A model generated the notes under the pieces. That model was not told where the DNA came from. It worked only from the letters and a program-made list of their open reading frames with translations, and made no database searches. A DNA stretch of 64,000 nucleotides from Eledone cirrhosa (lineage: Eukaryota). The position numbers and the translations under genes were made by a program. Location of the stretch: contig OZ024742.1 of the NCBI GenBank assembly GCA_964016885.1, positions 280,178,001 through 280,242,000 on the forward strand. Reading direction: 5' to 3'. Below, piece after piece: positions 45,230 through 59,237 of the stretch (position 1 is the stretch's first letter; each line of letters opens with the position of its first letter).

Positions 45230-46640
45230 TTACCAGTCTTCTTGCATCAGCTTCTCAGTTGATGTTAGAGAGCAGCAAGTGGCTAGCACATGCACTTGCT
45301 GTTTTGATCTTCCTGTGCAGAAATCTCTTCAACGTCATGCGGCAATGGAAAAGCAGCAAAGTATACAGACTTAATGATGTGGAATTATTCAGTCGCTAGT
45401 CTACACGCAAGCGGCTAAAGTCTTAACTAATGTAGTTGCCAGCTTTAGGAGTAGGAATTGGCTTTGGCAGAGGCTTTTGTGAATGAGCAGTCCTTTCAGT
45501 GGAAAACACTGTGCACCCAAATCTTGAGAGGGGTCTAGGAAAAGTGATCCAAACATTATCTTTTCGACCTTCAAGCTGGTCAGCTACCTGCGGCTGACAG
45601 CTGTTCATAACGAATAGTAATTTTCAGAACAAGATCTTGCTTCTTGGAGATATTCATGCCTGTGTGGAAAATGACGACAGCATCTGGAGTGTTCTAGGAC
45701 CTTACCGAATGGACAAATTGAATGGCAATGGACTTCTCCTTTTGAAATTATGTGCTGAGTTTGATTCTTTCTTTCAGCAAAGGGAGATCCACAAAGTAAC
45801 ATGGATACTCCCAAGTTCCAAACATGGACACATCTTAGATTATATCACCACCAGGAAGACAGAGCTCTAGAATATCTGCGCTCTAAGAGTAATAGGTTGT
45901 GCAGAATATAGTGCAGAACACACAACTGTACGAGGCAATATGAAAATACAGATCAGAGGAAAAGTGAAAACAGCAGTGGTTAAGGGCCAACATGTATAGA
46001 TGTATTCAAACCTCAAAGTTTAGAAGTCGGATATTCCCTTCATAAAGTACCTGACAATGTTTTCATTGAAGGGACGAGGAAAGAGTTTAAAATACACATT
46101 TAAAATGTTGGGGCTGATGTTCTTGGTCTTAAGAAGACAAACAACATGCTCTGTGACGAGAAGCACAAGCACCATTAGAAGTGCCCCGTTGCAAAGGGTC
46201 TAATGAGACGCTCTTTTAAGAAGGACATTCAAAACTGCAATGTAAAACTTGATATATGAAAAATAACTGATAATCTGATGTTTCCACAGATATGCAGAGA
46301 GCTTATAACATCAGAGACGTGAAGGCATTATACGGCACAATAAGATAAACTTTTTGCCCAGAGCCCTCAAAAGTGGCATCATTGAAGTCAAATGATGAGA
46401 AAGTTCTCATCAATGTTACAAGTATCATGGGTCGGTAGACTAAACACTTTAAATATCTGTTTGGTAACCCATCTGTTGTTTATGAGTAAATTATTAATGG
46501 ACTGCTGCAAAAGGAGAATGTGGCAGAGATGATGAATGATCCAAGCATTGATGGGATAAAGTCTAACACCAAAGAGGTAAAGGTAGGGAAAGCTGCAGGT
46601 TTGGATGGAATACCTGTTGAGCTTATCCGCTTTTATGGGA
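45230..46640 (+). mobile_element. Heavily decayed RTE-like LINE 5' half
   Basis: LLGDIHACV, NGNGLLLLKLCAE, VTWILPSSKHGHILDYITTR, GKAAGLDGIPVELIR. Confidence 0.7.
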
Positions 46641-46824
46641 CAATATTGTTATGTAATACTCAATACCTAAGTAGAGTTTTAAGATTCCTTTTATTAAGGC
46701 TAAATAGTGAATCTTGTTACTCTGTCTATCGCAGGGCCATCAGGGAAGTTCTTGTCTAATGACCCTGTGATAAATAAGCGAAGCTCCAGAGTAACAAGAC
46801 TCGTTATTTAGCCTTAATAAAAAA
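46640..46824. mobile_element. Small foldback + tail pLTR with a decayed hammerhead (46751-46798)
   Basis: Arms ttttattaaggctaaata..tcttgttactctg / cagagtaacaagac..tatttagccttaataaaa; CUUGU-CUAAUGA..GAAG-CUC(CA)GA-GUA^ACAAG. Confidence 0.6.
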
Positions 46825-46895
<71 letters not shown>

Positions 46896-48179
46896 TCTCT
46901 ATGTATACATATATGGGTATATATAAAACAAAATCCATTAACAAAATATAAAAAATACATACGAATATATGCACATATAATATTAATATAAAACATGTAT
47001 ATGAATATAATAATATCTAACAGTTATAATAATATCTAACAGTTTTCAATTTCTACATATTGTGTTTGAGAATTACTTTGTCAAAGTAACTGACGTCTTC
47101 TTGGCAAATCTTTTACCATATACCGCTTGAATCTTGAGATGGAACTCAGGTGCTAATATAAGTCTTCAAAGACGTACAAAGTCTTACAAATTTTATTGCA
47201 TTTTATATCTTAAATTATACCTTTTTGCAGTTATTGGATTGCATCCATGATGGGACACCATTGAAGAGATATTCCTTTTTATTTCCATCATTTTTTTTAT
47301 CATGCTTAACTTTTCTTAATATACTGGATTCCCGACCCTTTAAGAGAATACAAAATACCGGATTTAAATTGCACGAGTTATTCAAATTCAATTAAACATA
47401 TGTACACCGGTAAACAGACATGCTCACACACACTGATGTATATAAAATACTATATCGTATTTTTGATCAATTTCAAAAGAGTCATGGGTTCGGCCTTATA
47501 ATAGTGTCATGGGCCTTTTAATCTTGGTGCTGTCTATTCCTGTCAGGGTTTGAACATAGTCGATTTACCAGATATAAAATATGGCTGATTAAATATAAAA
47601 TGTTTTTCTACTTTTTTCACATTTTCCAGTTTTCTTTTATAACTCTAGTCTGTCTTATTTCTCTGCTGTATATCTATCTATGTGTCTATCTGAAAATCCT
47701 GCTCCTGGTGTTGTTGGTTGTTCTATCTACGGGGTGTAAAACAACCCTGCAATAACTTTCCCACCTATTGGGGATTTCGATTGTTCATTTTAATTTTATA
47801 ACTGTTAAATTTGTTTAGAGGCTTACATGAAATATCCCTCACCTTCTCCACACTCCTTCAATCCCCGTTCCTTAAAATCTATTTGATAGCTAGCATAACA
47901 CATGCACCAAACCCATAGTCCTCTCCACTATACCTACATACTTTCTGTGGCCACCACTCACCCGCAATTCCTTTCTCTTCCATTCTATAAACGGCCACTA
48001 TGCACATCGAACTCACACACACGGAGGCATACAACAATATATGCAACCACACAATACACACCAATAACCACATATCTCTGCCATACACACAGCATTAACA
48101 CATGCACACACATGGACAAATGCGTACACACGGACACGGGTGAATGCGTGTGTACACATATACATGAATCTTTCCATCT

Positions 48180-50440
48180 CTTTTGTGAATGTCAAGCACT
48201 TCGCTGCATACACAAAAACACTTTCAGTCGTTGAGCGAAAGAATTTACCCTTTAGTTTGTTGTACATGTTTGGTTTCCAAATGACATCCACTTTCTTTAC
48301 AACTGTCTACGGTAGATTATTTCTAGTTCTTGTGTCTTTCCTGTCTTTCCACGAGCCAAGATACCTAAAATCCTCCACTCATTTTAGGTAATTTCTATTT
48401 TGTGACATAATATCTCACTCTCTATGGGTGTATGGAATATATTCTGTTTTCTGATTTATGTCAAGTCCAATTGTTTCAGCAGCCCATTCCATCCTCTCTA
48501 ACAAGAGCTGTGGTTTTTCTCAAGTTAATAAGAGTGCGATATAATCTGCAAATTCAGCATCAGTTATTGTTATTTCAGGGCGTCTAGTGGTTCGCCGAGC
48601 ATATAGTGTGAATCTCGTTTGATGAACACGATATGTATCATGACGGATAGTGGAGTGTTAATATGAAGAGGCACTGAGCTAATGCATCTCCTTAAAGAAC
48701 ACCCACTTTCTATTTAAAGTAGTCCGTTTCACCGTAATGGGAAAATAAATTTGCTTCCGTTACGTCGTAGAGAGCCACAACTACTGTCACAATTTCCAAA
48801 CACTTCCATTTATTATTTTGTTTTTTAGATTTTCGCGATAAATGGAATCGAAAGCTTTGCTAAAATCAATGAATGTGATACCAGCTAAATAGCTCTTTCT
48901 TTCACTCTTTCTACGAGTCTTCTAAGTGTCAGGACTTACCCCAGCATTGATTTATTTGAACGAAATCCATTTTGGTTAATGCAAATTAATGGGTGTGTTG
49001 TAGTTTTTAGATGATATTACTAAGATACTAATTCCACATTAATTCTTGACATATCTAAGATCCCCTCTTTTGGAACCGGAGTTATACCATTTATACACCA
49101 ATTTAATCGCGTAGTACATCGCGTAGTACATCGAATAAAATTTCAGTTTCCAGACTTTGGTTGGTATGTCATCGTATCCTGTTGCTTTCCCATTCGTGAA
49201 AAGTTTTATTGTTTTCAATATTTCATCTTTTCTGAAAACGTCATTAACGATTGGTAATGTACTGATATTAACTCGTGTGATATTGGAAGTGGTCTTTCTA
49301 TTATTGTTCGGGTTCTTCTGGCATCTCACCCTTTTATCTTGCACGTTGCGATATTAATCCTGCCAGTAATTTAATTGACAGTTGTCTAAGCAATTTTTGC
49401 TGATTGACTTTGTATTGCGTTTCATATGAAGTTTATCTTGTTATTTATATAAGTTGTACGCTTTTCATTATAGGTAACCTCAAGATTATGTTTGTCTGCT
49501 TGGAAACAATCATTATTTACTGTTTTTTTGATTTCTAATAATGTTTCATTGTGCTTGAACTCTTTTGGTTCAGTTTTAATCTCATCGTTTTCCCATTGTG
49601 CATGTTGCTCCTTCTCCATTAATTTCGGTATGGATTAATTAGCAGCTTCTTTCCGGACAGTCATGAAGTTTTTATATATTTCAGCAGCCTTTTTTCTTCT
49701 GTAAGGGGTGTCAAATCGCTCCCGGCCCTACTGGTAACATACAACCCAGTACAAGATGTTGCATGATCAAGATTGCTTGGTAAGGATGATGGTTATTGGA
49801 CATCTTGCGGGACGTAAAGCAAAACCCGTCAAAGGGTGGAGGAACTCATGTGAGTCAACAGCCATCGATTAGTATGTACATATTTATGCTTACGTATTGT
49901 GTGTGTATGTGTGTATGAGTGAAATTGTAAATAAAATATCCTTTTATCTTTTTTAGATCTTGAACTTTCATACAAGATTTATTTGTTGTTACAGTCCCAC
50001 AATCTCCGCTGATAATGAAGTGCCCATAACATTTTACCAATATCTGATTGAACGTTTGCAAATCATCCCACTGCACAACATGATCATAAAAGAGGGGGAC
50101 TTTAATGCTAACATTCGACATATAGATTCAAATTATATTTTCTTTTTGTCAAAAAAAAAATCGAAATGATCGGCATCTGCTTGATTTTGCAAGAGGAGGG
50201 CTGAATTTGCAACCCAGGAAACGAATAGGGAAGTTATGAACATATCTTAATAAATTGAAAGCACAACTGGACTACATTCTAATAAATGAGAAATTGTGAA
50301 AATTAATAACTCTTTTGCATCAGTGAATTCTGACCATAGAATTGGTTCTGCGAAAATAAGACTAAAAATGTATAAGAATCAAATCAAAAGGAAGCTGAAA
50401 TATGATTGGAATAATCTTGTAACTGATGATAGTAATAGCC
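48180..50440. mobile_element. Decayed RTE-like LINE: RT on minus strand (~48180-49690), 5' UTR/APE part inverted on plus strand (~49700-50440)
   Basis: Minus: GKATGYDDIP, NQNGFR, FIDFSKAFDSI, EFADYIALL, FRYLGS, FFRSTTESVFVY. Plus: FICCYSPT, GDFNANI, QLDYILIN, SDHRIGSAKIRL. Confidence 0.7.
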
Positions 50441-50675
50441 AATGACATGGTTATAGAATGATTACATCATGGCAGCCTGCATACCACTTGACCAGATGCT
50501 CATACAATTGTGAGATCTAGTTATGCAAGTATGCTGATATGTCGCTAGTCATGTATTACCATCTCGGCGTGATGCGAGCAAACATATATGATACTGAACC
50601 TCGTTTCTTATTTATGTCTAGTGGCAAGGAATTTCTGATTTCACCCTAGGCAGTTCATATGAACCTATTAATTTG

Positions 50676-50734
<59 letters not shown>

Positions 50735-50769
50735 TATACATGTGTGTGTGTGTGTGTGTGTGCGTGTGT

Positions 50770-51068
<299 letters not shown>

Positions 51069-51074
51069 CATATA

Positions 51075-51562
51075 TATAGGTAATCCAGTTAGAGGTTGTG
51101 AGTACTCTGCGTCGTGGATAGTTTTAACGTACGGCTTTGTTCGACTCAACAAGATGTTTCCATAGTTATGCAGCGAGTTCGCGTTAATTCCTCGGCAGGT
51201 TATACTTAGAGTAATAATAGTGTAAGAATGAAGAGTAACATGTTTGGCTGTACAATAAGGGTTTTATTTAAAGTACTGACAATTGTTTCATTGATTAGGT
51301 GAGTCTAGAGGTCGCTAATTGCTTGAAGCTGCGTCACTCGATCTCCAATACATTATTTACCTCTGATCAACACATCGGAATACATAGATATCTATGTACT
51401 CTGATGTATTGATCAGTGGTAAATAATGTATTCGAGATCGAGTGACGCAACTTCAAGCAATTAGTGATCTCTAGACTCACCTGATCAATGAAACAATTGT
51501 CAGTACTTGTAATAAAGCCTCTTATTGTTCAGCCAACCATGTTACTCTTCATTCTTTCACTA
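51075..51562. mobile_element. Foldback + tail element (arms ~51219-51389 / 51390-51562, no spacer)
   Basis: Centre tagatatcta; arms are diverged reverse complements; tail 51075-51218 recurs inverted at ~57795-57870. Confidence 0.85.
51396..51506 (+). ncRNA. Hammerhead-like motif with ~80-nt stem II and CUGAUGU core; antisense twin at ~51273-51383
   Basis: GUACU-CUGAUGU-AUUGAUCAG...CUGAUCAAU-GAAA-CAAUU-GUC^AGUAC. Confidence 0.7.
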
Positions 51563-51651
51563 TATATGTATATATATATTTATACATTCCGGATACATGC
51601 ATATGTGCACAATCAAAGAGGAATAAGAATGCACAATGTTATAATAAAATA

Positions 51652-51693
<42 letters not shown>

Positions 51694-52808
51694 GCCACAA
51701 CACTATGTATGCACGCATGTATATATATATATGGGTATCTATGTATGTATGAATGTATGTATGTATGTGTATGTATGCAGTTATGTATGTATATGATAGT
51801 ATTTTGTTGCGCTATTTCCGTCGACGAAGATCATTCCTATGGTAGAACACACTAACTGAACTCATTGACTTGTGAGGGATGAAGTCCCGGATGTAGCAAC
51901 CGCATGATAATTCTCAATGTATACATATCATACAACTCTTTACCATACTTTATATTATTTACTTTAAAACAAATATTCAATCGATCCCAAATTTTATTTC
52001 AACATAAGAATGGACTTTTCAGTTACAGTCTTCTTTAGAAAAAACAATATAATACATGTTCATAGAAAAGCAACACTCTGTATGTGTGTGTATGTGTGTG
52101 TGTGCGCGCGCGCGTGTATGTGTGTATGTGTGTGCGTGCGTGTGTGTGTGAGCATGTATCTGTGTGCGCGTCTGTGCGTGACTGTGTGGTGTGAATGCCA
52201 ATGTGTGTATTTGTATGTATGATTATTTTTTTCCCACATCTTCTTTTGTTGAGTTGTACTATTTTAATGTAACCATTCCTCTTTACTCCCAGCTGACCTT
52301 TCTCAAGGTGTTTTTCACACCGTTCAGTTGCGGCAGTTATACAAGCCAACGTTTTTCTCCCTGCGGTTTACTTGCTCTATGTTTCTTTTTGCTTCAACAG
52401 GCCTAACTGACCACTTAGTCACATATTGTTCGAATTAAGTGTCGACAATTTAATACTATAAGTATTTAACCTCGCCAACCACATTTGTTTTCGTCTTATA
52501 AAATACTTCAGGACGTCTGGTCTCACACCTGAGAAAAGAACACCATCTTATTTCTCTCTCCATACATTTAATGGACACGGCTTACACGCCTCCATCTTCC
52601 TCTAGCCTACTCTTTCCAAGAACCTATCTTCTATCCACTCTCGCACCAACACACATGCACTAACACTTCACCAACATAGCCGATCACACACGTAAATAGA
52701 CACGCTAGCAGACATAGATACGAAAAAATAAAATACACACTCACCAACACAACTAATATAGTTACACCAACACGGCCATAGATAGGCTATTAATCAATTG
52801 ATTAATTA

Positions 52809-54721
52809 CACCGTGTAACATATTATTTAATCAGAAGTTTGGGTTTGTGGTAGGAATTTGATATTTCGAAATTTTCATATTTTTCAAGAAAAAACACATT
52901 TTTTAAAATGTATCAGTTCATATAATTAAATCAACAGAGTATATATGTATTTTATTACACAAGCTTATCAAAAGCAAACAAGTAAAGACAAATAACATTT
53001 ATAAAGCAACTTATACACGCCAGAAATGACTGGATTTCCTGGATTTGCGGTTGCAGTCCAGGTCGCATTCCCGCACTTACTTCCATATAGTCCCCATCAT
53101 TTTTTCATTGTAGTGGCCCTGGTACCCCCGCTCTATCTCTTTCACATCTTCGTGGAATCGTTCACCTTGTGCTTCTGAGTAGGTGCCCATATTGTCCTTC
53201 AATATTTCCTGGTGAGCGTCCAGCATATGGAGTTTAAGCGACATCCTGCATCCCATGGCTCCAAAAGCCTTTATCAGATCCTGCACCAGTTGCTGGTAGT
53301 TTCAGCTCTGTAGTTGCCCAGGAAGCCCTTAACAACTGCCTTGAAACAGTTCCATGCTGTTCTCTCAATCCTATTGAGCTTATTAGAGAACTCGGTAGAC
53401 TCAAACACCTTCTTTATCTGAGGTCCCAAAAAATTCCACCTTTGATTTTGGCCTCAGATAACATGGAGAAGAACTCAAGAAGGTACTTAAAAGCGGCTGA
53501 TTCTTGGTTGAGGGCCCTCCCAAACTGCTTCATTCAATCCTAACTTAATGTGCAGTGGCGGCATGAACACAATCCTGGTATCAACCAGTGGCTCCCACAT
53601 GACGTTCCGGGTCCCAACTACAAATTCTATTCGCTGATCCCAGTTCTTTCTTTTGTAGTGATCAGATGTGGCTCTGCTGTCCCAAAGGCAGAGGAAGCAT
53701 TGGAATTTGATAAAGCCTCCTTGGAGTCCAAGAAGAAAGCCACCATCTTGACATCTCCAGTGATTTCTCAAATGTACTGGTTGTATTGCAGAGCTTCCAA
53801 GAGGACTGTCACACTGTAGTAATCTTCCTTCAGGCAGACTGAATGAGCTAGGGGCAATGTCGGCAACTTGTTTCCATTGTGGAGGAGGACAGCCTTCAAA
53901 CTTGTGGTGGAGCTGTCTATACATAGACGCCACTCCTTGGGCACAAACGGCACCCAATAACGTCAAACAGTCCAGGCACGTCATGGCAGAAGCAGAGGCC
54001 ATCCCTAAGAGTGTAAAAGCCTGAGAAAGGTTCGTGTCGACTTCTCTGATTTGTCACGTGCACTTCCTTATTGACCAAGTTCCACTGCTCCATCCTGGAG
54101 ACGAATAGCTTTGCATTGGACTTGGTCAGACCCATATCCCTGACCAAGTCATTGACTTCTTTTTGGTTTGGGAAGTGAGGAACTTTTTCTGGTACCTCAG
54201 GCAGGTAATCCAAGTCCTCAGCATCCATCACCTCCTCTTCATCAGAATACTTGTCTTGGAAAATAAATTTGATATGCAATACAAAATAAATATTGGATAG
54301 GGAAATACATATTTAAATAATATAAAAGAACACTAATCATACTAATGAAAATTCGTTCTTAAAACACAACTTACCCTTTATTCACGGTGCGAAAATCCAG
54401 TATCAATAAATCTCTTTAATCCACTTTTTAACAATTTTATACTTTATTGCACTTTTATAATTTTCTTTAGGTATTTCTCTTTATTTTATAATTTTAATTT
54501 AACCTGAAACATATATAAAAAAAATCATTTAACATAAGCAAATTAAACTTACATACAACGTAAAATCCAGTATACAAATAAATCTAGTGAATAGCTTAGA
54601 ATTTTTACAAACCCAAACTGTTTAATAGCACTTTTTTTTTTATTTATTTGGGACTTAAGCAACACAAAAAATGTGATTACAAGCAAGGAACGGAGAAAAC
54701 AATTTTTTGTGTTACTCGGTG
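52809..54721 (-). mobile_element. Chapaev3-like (CMC) DNA transposon, internally deleted, with TIRs and TTA target-site duplication
   Basis: TTA|CACCGTGTAACA ... TGTTACTCGGTG|TTA; subterminal agtttgggtttgt/acaaacccaaact; family assignment from CAC termini, 3-bp TWA TSD and recalled transposase motifs. Confidence 0.75.
53020..54255 (-). pseudogene. Frameshifted transposase (Chapaev3-like)
   Basis: NDLVRDMGLTK, WRLCIDSSTTSLKAVLLHNGN, LGLQGGFIKFQCFLCLWDSRA, PPLHIKLGL, MSLKLHMLDAH, SEAQGERFHED. Confidence 0.8.
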
Positions 54722-55741
54722 TTATTTACCAGACCACTCTGACACCAACACACATGGTCTACTCCAGCCCCCAACAACAACACCAAATGCTACATAGGCA
54801 TGCTCATAAGACTAATATACACATTTAACTTTACTAATTATCTAACTAATCATACTAACACGACCAAATAATCTACACGGTCAACTTAAACATTAACTCT
54901 ATACTCCTTTCCTATCATTACAAACACACACAAATTACCACCACCACAATCACCACCACCAAAAATAGGCACAACACCTCGCCCACACAGTAACCTTTGG
55001 AGCACTAACTAACCTTTTTATTCAGCATCACCACGCCTTCACCGCATATCATTCCGTTCATAGAGCGATCCATACAGCCATGCAACGCGTTCTCTGAACA
55101 CTTCCTAAAATAGCCCTGTTTTGACTGCTACACACAATTTACTCCTGTATACTTCGATTCCAAGACCTGGATTTAACCACCTACCGATACTGAAAATCGT
55201 ACAAGCTTATGCACGCACACGCATAAACACTTTCACATACACAGAATAATAAACACATAAACTCACTCAAAAATCAAACGTGTGCACATATGCAAAAAAT
55301 AACTACATTGAAAATTCACAGACACAATTAGACACATACTAACGCATATTTCCATCATCGATACACAAATCACAAACACACACAGACGAAAAAATTCACA
55401 ACTACAAACTGCACTCGATTTTCAGACATGTAACAGCACCAATGACACACCAAGTCTCTCCATCTCAGCCTACACGCCCGATGTTTTAATTTTTTTATAA
55501 CCTTTCAGCCTCCGTTGTTCCTGTCTTATCTCCCTTTCCGAACTTTGCTATTTTCTGAAGAAGGTCATTTGTCCGTTATGTTGAAACCCACGTATACTTT
55601 TTCCTCCGCATGAACTAGTACCCACTTAGAATTTATTTCTATGAAACATTATATATATTATTTCTATATAACGTATTGAAATATTTATTCAACTGTCTTT
55701 TTTTCCGTCCTCCTTTGGAAAACTACCCATAATTATATATA

Positions 55742-56180
<439 letters not shown>

Positions 56181-56207
56181 AGCCCGCTCGCTGTTTCGAA
56201 AATATTC

Positions 56208-56394
<187 letters not shown>

Positions 56395-56596
56395 GGGGGG
56401 GGGGTTATATATTCATATATATATACACTGATAATTAATAAATGGAAACTATATTTATAAAACCATATTTATTCTATTATATATATTTCAAGGGTACCAA
56501 AACTTTGGTACGCTCTCATCAGATAAAATACAAATTTTGTTTTATAAATATTGACATAACCAGGAAGAAGATTATAACGGTTAGATATATTCCTGG

Positions 56597-56652
<56 letters not shown>

Positions 56653-56657
<5 letters not shown>

Positions 56658-57228
56658 TATTACACAAAGAGAAGTGTGTTACACAGTGAGATGTGTGTAA
56701 AGAATTATTACAAGTGAGTTTTACCGTTACTTTATAGAGAACAATATCTACAGGTTTAGCAATTAAATAGAAAAATACTAAGTCAGAATCAAATCTCTGA
56801 ACTAGAGTTTTAAATTATCAACCTTATAACTATAAGTTTGCTGATACGAATCTCGCTTCGTTTCACCACTGATATATGCAGTATAACAGGTCACAGGATC
56901 CTCAATCAGCAAATGTATACACTGTTCACGACACATCTAACCTCATGGATGAGGTTATAAGGTTCGTTATTTAAAACTCTAATTCAGACATTTGATTCTG
57001 AGTTAGTTTTTTTCTATTTAATTGCTAAACCTGTAGATATTGTTCTCTATACAGTAACGGTAAAACTCACTTGTAATAATTCTTTACACACATCTCACTG
57101 TGTAACACACTTCTCTTTGTGTAATATATTTGCATTTGAGCTCAGAAGAAAATTCTCTATTCTTCTTTGAGCTAATACTATTATTATTATTACAGTGAAC
57201 TGCGGAATACTCTTAATTCCGATCTTTG

Positions 57229-57230
<2 letters not shown>
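56653..57230. mobile_element. Foldback + tail element (arms ~56653-56830 / ~56954-57131, tail to ~57230)
   Basis: aaatatattacacaaagagaagtgtgttacacagtgagatgtgtg vs its exact reverse complement ending ~57131; (TA)n flanks. Confidence 0.85.
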
Positions 57231-57293
<63 letters not shown>

Positions 57294-57295
<2 letters not shown>

Positions 57296-57472
57296 ATATA
57301 GAAAATGCTTCTACAGGACTAGAACTGTTTCATTCGGGAGAAATCATCAAGAAGCCGACTGTGGGTTTGCTGATGATTTCTCCCAAATGAAACAGTTCTA
57401 GTCCTGTAAAAGCATTTTCCATACTAAATATTTATACTCTTCTTTGTATTGAGTACTTTACTTTCTGTGGTT
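57294..57472. mobile_element. PLE-4-family foldback with two opposed hammerheads (57307-57355 minus; ~57365-57413 plus) + tail
   Basis: CUGAUGA-UUUCUCCCAAAU-GAAA-CAG(UUCUAGUC)CU-GUA on plus; UUGAUGA core with intact GCUUC/GAAGC stem I on minus. Confidence 0.8.
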
Positions 57473-57535
57473 ATATAGTGAAAGAATGAAGAGTAACATG
57501 GTTGGCTGTACAACAAGGGGCTTTATTTCAGGTAT

Positions 57536-57731
57536 GAATTCATATCCGCTCTCTTGCTCTGGAACCCTGACTCCAGCCTGACTAGGAGTAGGAAGCTGTC
57601 ATTCCCTGACGTTATCTCTAGGGATACGGGAATCAGTAGACAGGACCTGGGGCGGCGATGGGGGAGAGGGAATTCTGGGGCATGAGAGTGAGATCCATCA
57701 TCTCGAGAGTAGTCGACGAATGATGATGATG
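57536..57731 (+). mobile_element. 5'-truncated LINE 3' end (RTE-like) with (TGA)n tail and 11-bp TSD, inserted in a pLTR of the 51075-51562 family (~57475-57870)
   Basis: ATTTCAGGTAT at 57525-57535 and 57732-57742; removing the insert restores colinearity with ~51225-51330. Confidence 0.85.
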
Positions 57732-58008
57732 ATTTCAGGTATTAACAATTGTTTCATTGATCAGGTGAAGCAAGAGGCCGCTAATCGCTTGAAGTGTTGA
57801 GTTAAACACAGCCGTAAGTTAAAACTAACCATGACGCAGAGTACTCACAACCTCTAACTGGATTATCTATAACGATAACTTATTACCCCATATATATATA
57901 TAGTTCAAGAATAAAAAGAAACTATCGCAAAATCAAACACTTCGAGCTTATCCCACCCCCGAGTCCAGAGAGGCACATAACGTATGTTTATGTATAATAC
58001 ACATAGGG

Positions 58009-58075
<67 letters not shown>

Positions 58076-58159
58076 GTAACAATAAATTTGAAGACTAAAA
58101 TCCAAAGAGGGCTCGATAAGGATAAATATATATCAAATATATAAGAACCGTAGAGCAAA

Positions 58160-59107
58160 TATTTATTAAAATAACAGATTAAAGTTTAAGCAAAGAATCG
58201 CTGCTTTCACCCTTAACGGGATCTTCTGAAACTGACAAAGTCAATCTGTAAACGCAGAAGTGAATATTTCAAAAAAAAATGCAATCGGAGGAAGACAGGA
58301 AGATGATACTTTGGTTCGTGGAAACATCCCTGCAAAGAACGGGAAAAAACGAATATAATACGTCATTATTTGGGGCGGTGAAAAACAATTTCACGCAAGG
58401 ACCGAACCAGGTTTATGGTATAAAAGAAGTCGTAAACTAATATTCTCTTAGGTGGTTCATAGAGACGTTCTCAGGCAATGAACGGAAAAAAGGAAGATAA
58501 TACGTCATATGTGGTGCGTGGAGAACAATTGCGCGCAAAGACAAAACCACGTAAATGGTATAACTGAAGTCGTAGACTAAAATTCTAACTAGGAAACCGA
58601 ATGATTCTCCGCTTCGGAGTTAAGAATAAAGTAAATAAAATACAGAGGTAATTGAAATTAAATAAATACATACACGCATCCAAATACTTACATACACAAG
58701 CATACGGGAAAACAGTCGCCATAGGTATACAAATACACGCACATATAAATATGTGTGTGTGTGTGTGTGCGTGTATACAACTAATTAAATAAACGTATAT
58801 AAATAAATAAATACGTATATAACAAGCGCACACACATACCTACATGTAAATACACAAATGTTCGGAGTCGTACGTCAACCAAAAGACGAAGTACACATAT
58901 ACACACACCCTACATACGAACGAACCCGCATAATCGCACAGACGCAAAACTCACGTATACACATAACCAAATTCATATGTACCGGTTGCAACGTTTTTTG
59001 AAATATTCACTTCTGCGTTTACAGATTGACTTTGTCGGTTTCAGAAGATCCCGTTAAGGGTGAAAGCAGCGATTCTTTGCTTAAACTTTAATCTGTTATT
59101 TTAATAA
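58160..59107. mobile_element. Non-coding element with ~115-bp inverted pLTR ends (~58163-58278 / ~58995-59107) and an internal ~145-bp-period tandem pair
   Basis: Near-identical inverted ends; internal repeats at ~58335-58452 and ~58478-58594. Confidence 0.8.
59037..59087 (+). ncRNA. Hammerhead-like motif with CAGAAGA core; antisense twin at 58183-58233
   Basis: GGUUU-CAGAAGA-U-CCC(GUUAA)GGG-U-GAAA-GCAG(CGAUUCU)UUG-CUU^AAACU. Confidence 0.65.
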
Positions 59108-59115
59108 ATAAATAA

Positions 59116-59191
<76 letters not shown>

Positions 59192-59205
59192 ATTCAGAAA
59201 CGAAA

Positions 59206-59237
<32 letters not shown>

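Noticed and set aside
55548-55600. CUGAAGA..GAAAC..GUA hammerhead-like string at the end of a probable old PLE 3' region split by the Chapaev-like element
   Set aside because: Stems II and I do not pair convincingly; at best a decayed remnant.
58335-58594. CRISPR-like repeat array
   Set aside because: Only two long diverged units, no spacers, no cas genes, eukaryotic context.
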